Assembly (NCBI RefSeq): GCF_009914755.1
Contig: NC_060933.1
Direction: 5' to 3' (one strand)
Source: the human T2T-CHM13v2.0 reference genome, Homo sapiens
DNA: 64,000 bases
The notes under the pieces were generated by a model, which searched no databases, had not been told where the DNA came from, and was given only the letters and a program-made list of their open reading frames with translations. The translations under genes and the position numbers were made by a program. Below, in pieces: positions 42,001 to 52,773 of this stretch; the first letter of the stretch is position 1; the number at the start of each line of letters is the position of its first letter.

Positions 42001-42600
42001 GTCTCTTTCCTCTGGCTTTGTGTATTGGCTTCTTGCAGGAGAAGACTTTCACCTTCAGTTTTCACTTTCACTTCAGCTAGAAATTCTAGGGTCTCTCATA
42101 TCTTTTCTGATATCTTTCTCTTCTTAGTTTCTATTCATGGAACAGGAACTCTAATGTGTCACAGTGTTAACCTGTTTTCAGCAGGCTTCCAAATTCTGCA
42201 GTTGAAAACAGAACACATTAGCACTAGCCTGCCAGTGCTTTGAGTTAGGTAAGACCAAATTCTTTCCCTCAGGCAACTACCAGATGACCTAGAATGTGGA
42301 ATGCATGAACCACTCTTTGTTTCTGTTTTAAAAAAAGAATGTCAAATATAGGATATTTTTTTCTTGTTATACGTGTTATGTCACACAGAAGGGTCGAGGA
42401 TGCGTACAAGATGCCACAATTTTTCTTCCCCTTTCACTGGAAACTCTTCTTGATTTTACATTGATTTGGGTGCTGTGGCTTCTCAACTGGTCACTAAAGT
42501 TTTCACAGAGACATTCTGGTCCATATATTGTTAACATATTATCTCTGTGGGGAAAGGAGGGCCTGGAGCTTTCTAGTCCATGACCCTACTGACATCCAGC
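39080..42600 (-). mobile_element. Old LINE-1 (L1MA/L1MB-like): 5'UTR, ORF1, long spacer and ORF2 N-terminal third; 3' part missing
   Basis: Minus-strand ORFs: 41002-41184 ORF1 C-term (KFFFKNEGEIKTFLDKQKLRKFITTKP), 40096-40281 APE endonuclease (IKGSIIQEDITIINIYA...IGDFNTPLSVMDR), 39114-39329 ORF2 (MDKF..LPRL...KSPEPD). Confidence 0.88.
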
Positions 42601-42806
42601 AACTTTTTTAAACCATTGCTAATTAGTTTTAATGTACTATTTACCCAAAAGCTGCAATTCAATATTACCTAAACTGGTGCCTATGTCTAAAAATACTTTA
42701 AAGTCTCCTCTTGCCCTTTGGACAAAATTGATGGTAGTATAGATGACAAGGCTCTTCATGATTTGGTCACTGCTTAGAATTCCAGATTCATTGCTTCCCT
42801 GACATT

Positions 42807-42900
42807 CTCTGACTCTCCGATATAACCAAGACTAAACTTTCAGTTAACATACTCTGACTCTACGATATAACCAAGACTAAACTTTCAGTTAACATACTCT
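42807..42900. repeat. 45-bp tandem duplication, 1 mismatch
   Basis: CTCTGACTCT(C/A)CGATATAACCAAGACTAAACTTTCAGTTAACATA x2 plus CTCT. Confidence 0.95.
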
Positions 42901-43087
42901 CTGAAATTTTGCACATAACATTTTATTTCCTAGGATGTTTTCTTACAACCATCTCCCACACCAACCCCAACTCTAACCTGTCTTTTGCCTAGTTAATCTC
43001 TCCTCCCTTATTTTTTCAATATTTCTTTGCCTACAGTCTCTAATTTTTCATCTGTAACTATAGACTTAATTTACATCTTCTAATCTT

Positions 43088-43275
43088 TGTATTTGGTTTC
43101 TGTTCCTTCATTAATTCACTTAGGATAATGGTGTTCAGCTGCATCCATGTTGCTAAAAAGGACATGATTTTATTCTTTTTAGGGCTGCATAGTCTTCCAT
43201 GATGTATATGTACCACATTTTTGTTATCCAATTCACCACTGATGGACACCTAGGTTGATTCTATGTCTTTATCAT
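43088..43275 (-). mobile_element. Short LINE-1 ORF2 3' fragment (L1PB/L1MA-like)
   Basis: Translates KKNKIMSFLATWMQLNTIILSEL on the minus strand. Confidence 0.75.
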
Positions 43276-43599
43276 TTATATTTAGATTGATTTGTTTTTC
43301 TATGCTATAGGTAATAACTTCTTCATATTTATATATCAGTTTATTGGTTTGCTCATCAAGCATGCCTCAGATGCTTTTTAATTTTCCACTAAATTTTTAA
43401 TCTTAGTGATCAGACTTTTTTATTTTAGAAGTTTATTTTTATGCTTCATCTTTTGTTTTTTTTTTATTTTTTATTCTTTGTTATCTGTATTTTCAATTGT
43501 CTCTTTTATCTCTAAATATTTTACACATCATCTATGTCTTTGGGATTTAAGGAAGATTAGTTTATATTTGTCTGATGATTATCTCTTATAAACATGACT

Positions 43600-43733
43600 T
43601 TCTTGTATGCTTTTAATTTTTAATTTTGAGAAAATGCTCAGGATCATGTTGATGATGAGTCCCTCCTTCTTGTATGCTTTTAATTTTTAATTTTGAGAAA
43701 ATGCTCAGGATCATGTTGATGATGAGTCCCTCC
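43600..43733. repeat. Perfect 67-bp tandem duplication
   Basis: 43600-43666 is identical to 43667-43733. Confidence 0.97.
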
Positions 43734-43833
43734 AGAGAATATGTGCATTTCTTCATATCATGTGCCCAAGGAGCTACTATCTTCATAATATCTTAGTATA
43801 TTACTGGATTTAGTTTTTTTTATATTCATTGAC

Positions 43834-44250
43834 TGTTGCTTAATTTTATGTGTCAATTTGACTGGGCTGAGCAATGCTCAGGCAGCATTATTTCTGTGTG
43901 TAGCTGTGAGGTTGTTTCCCAACAATATTATATTTGAATTTTATCACATTTGAATTGATAGACTGAGTAAAGAAGTTTCACTTTTGCCAATGTGGATGAG
44001 AATCATCTCATCTGTTGAGGGCCCAAATAGAACAAAAAGGTGAAGGAAGAGTTCATACTTCCTCCTTTTTCGGACTGGGACATCTATCATCTCCACTTTG
44101 GACATAAAGCCTCTGATTGTTGAGATGCTATACTCTGAAACTTACACCACCAGCTTTCCTGATTCTCTAACTTGCAGATGGCATATCATGGGATTTCTCA
44201 GCCTCCATAATCATGTGAGTCAATTCTTATAATAAATCTCTACTTTATAT

Positions 44251-44283
<33 letters not shown>

Positions 44284-44341
44284 AGACAGATAGATAGATA
44301 TCTGTTTTTTATTTTTCCTCTGGAGAATCCTGACCAATACA
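43834..44341 (+). mobile_element. ERVL solo LTR, MLT2A/B-like
   Basis: TTAATTTTATGTGTCAATTTGACTGGGCT start, TTGCAGATGGCATATCATGGGATTTCTCAGCCTCCATAATCATGTGAGTCAATTC, end CTGGAGAATCCTGACCAATACA. Confidence 0.85.
44252..44300. repeat. (GATA)n tetranucleotide STR, interrupted
   Basis: Directly visible, inside the MLT2 LTR. Confidence 0.92.
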
Positions 44342-45931
44342 CCTCACTAAAACAAATTTAAGCCCTAAATCTATTTTCACATCCCTGTGTTAGGACAGAT
44401 TTTTTTCTGGCTTATATTTTTTCCTTGAGGGTCAAAGCTAAATATGACAGTCTGATTTGCACCTTTCACTTGCATTGTCGCTTTTCATAAACAGCCCATA
44501 AAATCTAAAACTCTTGGTTTTCTGCTTTTGGCAAACATTATCAGCAATCCTTAAACTAAATCCTGTTTATTAGTCAGGTTTTCCTGTTCATATTACTGTA
44601 TATTTTTTTCTTTCCCAATTGGACCCACGCTCATTCACATCTAATAATTTAATAACTTACCATAAGACATTTTTTATTCTCTCAATTCACACATCATTTT
44701 GTATTATAAGCTCATTTCAAGGCCTATCTTCCCATACGTCTCTGGCTGGTTCATAATAAGTGATTAATAAATATATATTAAACAAAACAATGACTGATAA
44801 ATACAACATTGCCTAACATTTATCTATGTTATACACAATTGAAAAACATAGCTCCCTAAAATATCTCAGAAGCTCATAAATATATTCTCCTGTTCAAATG
44901 TAAGTGTATGGTTTTTTCCATGTTTAAATAAATTAACCAAAATTAACCAGTTGGTATAATAGACAGATATGGTATTTAAAAAGCTGTATACAAAGATAAA
45001 GGAACTTGTTACATATGTTCCACCAATGGAGCTAATCTTACAACATTCCAAACTATGTCTTTAGAGAACATCCAAGTGGATAAAAAGCCAAACTTTAGTG
45101 TGCTTATACAGCCTCTGGCCTTCCACTGCAAAAAACTTTTAATATTTAGATCTTGCACAAAAATGTTTTTTGTAGAGAATGTCATAGTTATGGCATACCT
45201 AACTTTATCAGAAGAGTTTCTGACTTGGCTCTCTAGCAAAGGAAATGTGCAATAGTAACAGAGGAAAGAAAGAAAATTTAATCAGATCATCTGCAGGAGA
45301 ATAATACTTAGAAATAGCAACCATTGTATTTTTTCTTAGGTTTTTATGCCATTTTCTCCTTCCTGTCATATTTGGAAAAGTAAGAAATCCACCATACTTC
45401 TCTCAAGAAGAGGATAATAGCAAAGAACACACAAAAATTCACTTTTTAACTTCTGTATCAGGCATAAAATAAGAAATTTTGGAAGATGATGTGACTATTC
45501 AGAATCAGTGTTCCTCATTAACATTACTTCAAACTTGTAAAACTAGGTAAAGCTTTCCTGTACTGTTGGAAAGGAGAAAGCGTTAAGCAGGGAAAGAAGA
45601 AAGTTTACAATCTGGTGGGTTCTTTCCATGTCCTTCCCTTGCCAAATATCAGTGATAGAAATGCAAAAATCTCATAAACTCATAATTCAAGCTAAGGCAA
45701 TCAGAATAGAGAAGACAGAAAATTTGTAATACTAGATAAACTAATTAGAGTCCATTTCTGGTCTGAATCAAGAACTCAGGCTTCAAAAAAAATTCTTAGA
45801 AATTTTTTAATTGATTAAGGTATGCCCAACCATATAGAGTTTACTGCAATCAAATATATAGAAAGCTGACTAGGATTTTCAGAAAGCTGCACTATTCAAA
45901 GAGCTTCATGGGGATTAAAAATGATTGTTAC

Positions 45932-46244
45932 ACTGGGGCACAGTGGTTCATGACTGTTATCCCAGCACCTTGGGAGGCTGAGGAGGGAGAATCACTTGAG
46001 CCCAGGAATCTCAGACCAACCTGGGTAACATAGTGAGACTTCATCTCTATAAAAAATAAAAATTTTTCTGGCCATGGTGGCACATGCCTGTAGACCCTGC
46101 TACTCAGGAGGCTGAGGTGGGAGGATGGCTTGAGCCCAGGAGGTCAAAGCTAAGTGAACTGTGATCATGCTTCTGCACTCCAGCCTGGGTGACAGAGGGA
46201 GACTTTGTCTCAAACAAACAAACAAACAAACAAAAACAAACAAA
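45932..46244 (+). mobile_element. Alu SINE, AluJ-like, with (CAAA)n tail
   Basis: Sense Alu with CTTGAGCCCAGGA in both arms; no 3' TSD visible. Confidence 0.9.
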
Positions 46245-46450
46245 CTCCACTCTGCTCCCTGTAGGTGGGTCGGGAAGACAAAAAGTTCCAACCCTCTAAT
46301 CACAAGGTTGATTTCCTTGGCAACCAACCTCCCTCCTGAGGCTATATAGGAGCGCCATCAGTCATCTCACTAGCACATGAAAAGATACTTATCATTTTGG
46401 AGATTCCAAGGGTTTTGAAAGTGTTGTGCCAGGAAACTGGGATGAATTTC

Positions 46451-46560
46451 ATATATATATATATACATGAATATATATACACACACACACATATATATAT
46501 GTGTATATATATACACACACATATATATACATGTATATATATACATATACATATATATAA
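46451..46560. repeat. Compound (TA)n/(CA)n microsatellite
   Basis: Directly visible. Confidence 0.92.
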
Positions 46561-46561
46561 A

Positions 46562-47258
46562 TGTTACAGGTAGTTAAACAGGAGAAGGGCAGGAGAGAGC
46601 TCCTCCCCAACCCGCTAGATGGTGATGGTTCGGCAATTATCACATTGCTTCTCTAAGAATGATAATTCAGCAGCCTGGAGAGAAAAATCTCCTGATGGTC
46701 TATATCTGTTAAAACATTAAAACGGTTCATTGAATGTAGGCCCCAAGGAGAAGCAGCCTCCTGATCATGTATGTTAATAAACAAAAATGGCAAAGTATGA
46801 TCTTCCCAGGGCACACACCACCAGAAAAGGGAAGAAAGCCTCAGACGGACATGTGTATAACTCCCTAAACACACTGCCCGTGCTCAGTTCCATAGGGTAA
46901 GGAAAACACTGTGCATGCAGGAAGCCCACCCTAAGGGAAGAATCATGCAAGAGAGGAGACTTTGTAAAGTCCTAGAGTCAAGGTTAAAGGGGCTTTTTCT
47001 TTCTTCTCTTTTTCTCTCTTTGACCTTCAGGTGCCCACTTGGATCTCTTCAAAGCAAATTTTCCTTTCTTTCCTGTTCTAAAGCCTTTTTAAATAAACTT
47101 CTGTTCCTGCTCTGGAACTTGCCTAAGTCTCATTTTCTGCTTTACGCCCCCAGTCAAATTCTTTCTTCTGAAGAAGCAAGGACTGAATTTGCTACAGACC
47201 TGTACAGATACGCTGCTGGTAACTCTCGGGGTAACTCGGATCTCTTCCATTGGCAATA
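46562..47258 (+). mobile_element. ERV1 solo LTR, MER50(B)-like
   Basis: TGTTACAGGTAGTTAAACAGG start, AATAAA at ~47091, 4-bp TSD TAAA (46558-46561, 47259-47262). Confidence 0.78.
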
Positions 47259-47292
47259 TAAATATATATCTTATTTTAAATCAAAATGTCAT

Positions 47293-47827
47293 AATCACCA
47301 AAACTAATGTAGTCACTCATGCCCATGTAGTGAAACCACCATAAAAACCATTAACCTACAGGATTCTGAGAGCTTCTGGGTTGGTAAATGCACCCATGTG
47401 CTTAAGAGCAGGACACCTCAACCCCTAGCTCCCAGGACAGGAGCTCCTGTGCTCAGGACCCATCCAGATCTTACCCTTCTTTATTTCTATTCTTTGTAAT
47501 ATCATTTACAATAAACTGATAATAGTAGGTAAACTGCTTTCTCTAAGTTTTATGAGCCATTCTAGCAAAATTAATGAACCCAAGGGAGGATTTATGGGAA
47601 CCTCCAAATTATAGCTAGTTGGCTGGAAGTACAGGAAGTCCAGTACTTGCAATTGGTGTGGGAAGTGGGAGAAATCCTGTGGCACTGAGCCCTTAACCTG
47701 TAGCGTCTGAAGCTAACTCTGGGGAGGTAGTATTAGAATTGAATTGAATTGGTGTTTGGAGGTTAGAGAATTTGTTCTTGGTGTGAAAACAATCCCGTGT
47801 TATTGGAATCAGAAGTGTTACAAGTAG
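47293..47827 (+). mobile_element. MER21-like LTR 3' part, sense
   Basis: CATGCCCATGTAGTGAAACCACCATAAAAACC, GAGAGCTTCTGGGTTGGT, TGAGCCATTCTAGCAAAATT, ACTGAGCCCTTAACCTGT motifs. Confidence 0.75.
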
Positions 47828-48679
47828 TGTAAACCAAAAATGAAATTCTAAACACCCCCAGCCAACTGAATGTAACCATCTCTTGCCCAAGGCAATCTAA
47901 AAGAAACCTGAAAAACTGGTTCAGACCATGAAGGAAGAGGAGGTCAGACATACCTTGTTATGACCAACATTGACATTACAGTAGAAATCATAAGACTAAC
48001 AAAACAGACTCTTTGTAGCAATAAGATACTCAACTCCAACCCAACTCTGGTATAGCATCACACAACAGATAGCAAGTCCTTAAGGAAATCAAAGCATTTT
48101 ATCTCAAAATAATATTACCTTTGACACAATTTGAAGTAGCCCTGCAAAGCTCTCTGTTATGGGGGAAATTTGCATTCTGCGAAGAATCTCCTTCCCTTAC
48201 TAGATCTTTCCCCGAGAACCTGACACCTTTTAAGGTTAAATAAGAGACATTTACCATCTATTCTCTCTAAAGCTTGTTACTTAGAGGCTTCAGCTACATA
48301 ACAAGAACCTTAGCTTCCACAGTCCCCCTAATCTTAACTCAAGCATTTCTTTATGCTGACTTCAACTCTTCAGGCAAAGCTTAACTCTTTTAACAATAGT
48401 GAATCAAGAAATCTTTGTCTCCACCTATGACCTGGAAGCACCCCCTCTCTTTTGAGATGTCCCGTCTTTCCAGGCTGAACCAATGTCTACCTTGCCTGTA
48501 TTAATTTATGTCTTCATCTGTAACTTCTGTCTTCCTAATAAAACCAAGCTGTAACACAACCACCTTGGGCACCTGTTCTCAGGACCTCCTGGGGCTGTGT
48601 CACAGGCCTTGGTCACTCAAATATGAGTCTCAGGATAAATGCCATTAAATATTGTACAGAGCTTGGCTTTTTGTCAATA
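47828..48679 (+). mobile_element. ERV1 solo LTR, MER4B/D-like
   Basis: TGTAAACCAAAAATGAAATTCTAA start; 3' half homologous to the MER4 LTR at 1707-2480 (AACCACCTTGGGCA..TGTTCTCAGGAC); near-TSD GTAG/GTTG. Confidence 0.85.
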
Positions 48680-50384
48680 GTTGAAATAGTTTATAACCTT
48701 TTATCACTGATATCTATGTTAATCCATGAATCATGAGCTTTCACATATTTCCAGATTACAAACTACTGTAGGGAATAATCAGTGTTTACTAATATTTCTT
48801 ATATTTTCCTGAGTAACACATGGCAGGGAATCCAGATCAATAAATGTCTCCTAAGGCTTCTCTGAGGTGCTTGAGAGTTTAGGACAAGCTAAGATATCAA
48901 GTCCACACTCTTAGAGCTAATAATCTTTTTTTATTTAACACAGGAAGAATAAAGTATCAGAATGGAACTAATTTTCTGAAAGGATTGAAGAGAAATAATC
49001 AAGCATAGTATTCTAAGAGGCAACAATAACATTTTTAAAGTAAATTGCAAATTGTTAAGATGAGTTCTAAGTCAGAAAAGTCAATAGACATTGGTAACAT
49101 GCTGAAATACTGTATAAATGTCATTGAGTCGCTGAGAGTTTTTTGAATAAAGCCTGCTGATTTAGGTCAATGTTAAGAAATATAGACCAAAAAAAACAAA
49201 AAACATGACAATCCTTAAAATTGTTATTCTTCTACTGTATGAACACTGATCATCCCAGTTTCCTAGTTGTGGCAAAAAAAAAAAAAATGAGCTCAAAGAT
49301 TAGCTCTTGAATTTTCATCACAACTTTATGAACCTAATAACAGAAAATGTGTCTTTTGAATACTTGTAAGAACTGAATTATATGCATCATTATTAATTTT
49401 TCAAAGTTGATAGTTTAATAAGAACTGGCCATTCCCAAGCAACATATTAAAGTACTATTTTTTAACCTATCTTTCTTCCTATTAGACCATGATAATAGGT
49501 CCAGCCAGAGACTGTGTCATTTTTTTAAATAAGCCAAGATATAGAACTATGCCTATAACAGAAGAGATGCTTGCATATAATTACATACAGTAAATGCTGA
49601 ATACTTGAATTGATGAACTCAAGACTAAAGCTGAGCCATTTTCTTTCTGACTACTCTCCTGTAAGTACCATGCATGTACTATGCACATGGAAACATCTTT
49701 GCCATTCTTTCTTTGTGAATGAAACATTGAGCTTTATAGTAGTGAGTGAATGTTAAAGTATTGACTTATCTATTTTACTTCTATGAATAAGTTTTTATTT
49801 GGGCTCAAATAGTGAAATCGTGGCCACTCTTGAAATTTACACAGTAGAAATATGGGAGGATTATGATGAACTCTTGTGAAGTGTTTATTTAACATTACTG
49901 CCCCAAGAGCATAATAATACCAATTGGCAATGCTAGCCTGAGTAATTTGGTGTCATAAAGCTTTGCATGGCAGAACAAAAGTGGCTTCCAATATCCTGTT
50001 TATTGTTAGTTTCCAGGACAAAACGTTTATCATTTCCAAGGAAAAGAAAATCACTTTTGGAAGTTGGAAATTTTTAATGAAAACATAAGTAAAAGAGTAT
50101 CTTGCTATTTCTTCTATAAAATCCCACAAAGGCCCAGGTGTCGAAACATATTTACAAAACATGCCATAGGCAGAAACAGAACAAGTGTTGTGATGGACAA
50201 CTGAGGCAGCAGGTATTGCAGGGCAGGACTGAAAAACATTTCTGCGAAACTATGTTGCACCACACCACACCTGCTACTATTAATTAGAAAACTGAATTCT
50301 CTCCCTGAGCCAATATTTATATTTCTCTTTGTATCTATTACACATTACGTTTCTCATCCATTACAAGTTAAAATAGTTTTGAAA

Positions 50385-50800
50385 AAGACACTGTAGAATA
50401 ATGGAAAAGCTCAGGATTGGGAATAAAGACATAGGGGTAGGAAGAGGGAATAGGGACTAACATTTCTTCAATAATGCACCACATGAGAAGCACTTTTACA
50501 AATACTATCTAATTCAATTTAATCCCTCCAACATCCTAGAGACAAAGTTGTAGTCCACTTTCAAAGATGGGAAATAGGTTCAGAGAGGTTATGGAAACTA
50601 GCCATTTTGTTGCAGACATGTTTTATACCAGCCTCCAAACTCTGTTCCTCCTGCTGCTGCTAATGAGCTGTATGAACTTTTGTGAATTACATTCCCATAA
50701 TCTACGCTTTGGTTTCCTCTTCTGTTGTATTTGGTTAATACCATTGATCTAGGTGTTTTTAAGTGTTATTTTGATGATAAAATTAGATAACCTTTAAATG
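50385..50800. mobile_element. MIR remnants in both orientations
   Basis: CCACTTTCAAAGATGGGAAATAGGTTCAGAGAGGTT (antisense core) and TTTGGTTTCCTCTTCTGTT (sense core). Confidence 0.45.
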
Positions 50801-52773
50801 TATTTTTATCAAGAAGAAGCACTATGAAACACAGGTTACTTTGCACTCACAGCTGATTTACAGTACTTATAATAGAAGAAGGGCCACTGCATTACTATTC
50901 TTGGCCTGTCTCTGCTTCCTTGTCTCCATTTAACACATATGAAGCCACCCAATCTTACTTTGCTAACACTAGCAGTAAAGCTTTTAAAATGCGATTTTAA
51001 TATACCTAACTCCTTTTCTCTCTCGTTTCAGAATTTAAGAGGAAGGGGTTTATTCTTTTTTTCTTTCTCTGAAATTTATTATTGCCCTCCCTGTTGTCTC
51101 ATCCTTTACTTTCACCCACCAATTGGTAGACCTAAGTTCCTCAAAAATGTCATAGTTTGGACAATTGACCTAATTTTTAACCTCATGAACAATCTGTTTT
51201 AAAGTAGTTATATTTATAACTTTAATCTTGACTCTTACAAATAAAGTCAGACCCTTGTATTAAAAAATAAGAAAAAATATTTGTGGACATATTTTAAATA
51301 ACCGTACATTTGTATTGTTTATTCAGGCACTAAACTTTCATATTTGATAGCAACAAAATGCACTTACAATCTGTAAACAGATGGAAGATTAAGCATATGG
51401 TTATTAAAATATCGATTTATTGTTCTCTAGTACAATATATTTTCCTAATTAGGTTTTTCATGGAGTTTAATGTGATGGTTAAATAAACTAAATTGCAAAA
51501 GAAAATGTAGAGTTTTAGTAAGCAATATCTGACATATATGAAATCTCAAGTAATCCCTGCCATATAAAACTATACCCAGACTCAAAAATATATTTAAAAC
51601 TTATTACTAATCACAAAACAAAATAAGAACAAATATGATTACTTTACATTCATTGATACGAATACAGCATCTATAACTATTTATTTGAGAAATATTTCCC
51701 TTTTGGAATATTCAATAGATGTTTCATATTTCATTTTGTTAATGTGAAGAAAAGGTCCCAATTATTCTTGTATGCTTAGCCATCCGTCCAGTACTTTGAG
51801 GTTCAGGTTGATATAATTAGTATGTGTACATCCTTTTTGGTACATATCCTGAAGGGGATACCATGGCTATAAAAAGTGCCAAGTCTCAGAAAAATTGTCT
51901 TAACCTCTTTTACGTTTCCTCTGACATTAAAATTTCTGATGATGAGTTGGTTCGAAGGCCCAGTTTACGTAAGATTTAAATGCCATTCAGAGAATTACAG
52001 AATTTAAAATGTGTAAGGAACTATCAAGATCCTTTTGTTCATTAACGTGACAATCTCTAATCATTTGCGTAGCACTTAGGGATTTTCCTCTTATCTTTTT
52101 ATGATCTGTACCACTATGTACCTAAGTTTTTCAAAAAATTGCTTTTTTACAAAATGAATACATGAAGGACAGATACTTTAAAACAACCTTATATCAAAGT
52201 TTTAATAGGATATTAACTCATATAAAGATAAATTAATGTTAAAATAAATTATATAGGTCTATGTGTACAAAGAAGATAAATTATATAGGTCTATGTGAAT
52301 AAAGAAAATAGATTATAATTAAAATAAATTTCATGTTAAATACATACACACATAAACATAGACTAAGTCATCTCTATTATAGTAGTAGGATAGATATATA
52401 CTGTAAATAATAATCTTCTTGAAAAACACTCATTGTGTTTATCTTACTGTCCTCCATTATAGGATATCTATGAGAACAAGCATGAGCAAATATCTTTATT
52501 CCTGTAGTGTTTGCTCACTGAACATAGTTGTACACTTAGAGAGTAAATATTTCTTCCAAGTATTGTAATAGCTTTTAAAATAGATTTAAATGAAGTTTCA
52601 GAAACTATCTGATTATTTAATACAAATAAACTTAACAGATAAACCATGAAAAGATATACTCATCAAAATAAGTGAATATAGAAGAGTACTCTCTAGTTTT
52701 GGGATTACAAAGATCAAACTGAGTGATGACTCAAGTGGTCACACATTGTCACAGGTTTTGGTGTGAGTGGCTA

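Larger units (their letters stand above)
46245..47292 (-). mobile_element. MER21-like LTR 5' part, antisense, interrupted by a microsatellite and a MER50-like LTR
   Basis: AAAGTTCCAACCCTCTAATCACAAGGTTG...GATTCCAAGGGTTTT...TGTGCCAGGAAACTGGG; terminus TATATATCTTATTTTAAATCAAAATGTCATA at 47263-47292. Confidence 0.7.

Noticed and set aside
42807-43733. Direct repeats as a CRISPR-like array
   Set aside because: Only two adjacent copies each, no spacers, mammalian context.
43645-43733. TGATGAGTCC resembling a hammerhead core or snoRNA box C
   Set aside because: Lacks the leading C of CUGAUGA, the complementary stem and GAAA core; no box D with terminal stem.
46370-46643. Y/I/V/C-rich ORFs
   Set aside because: Translation of a (TA/CA)n microsatellite.
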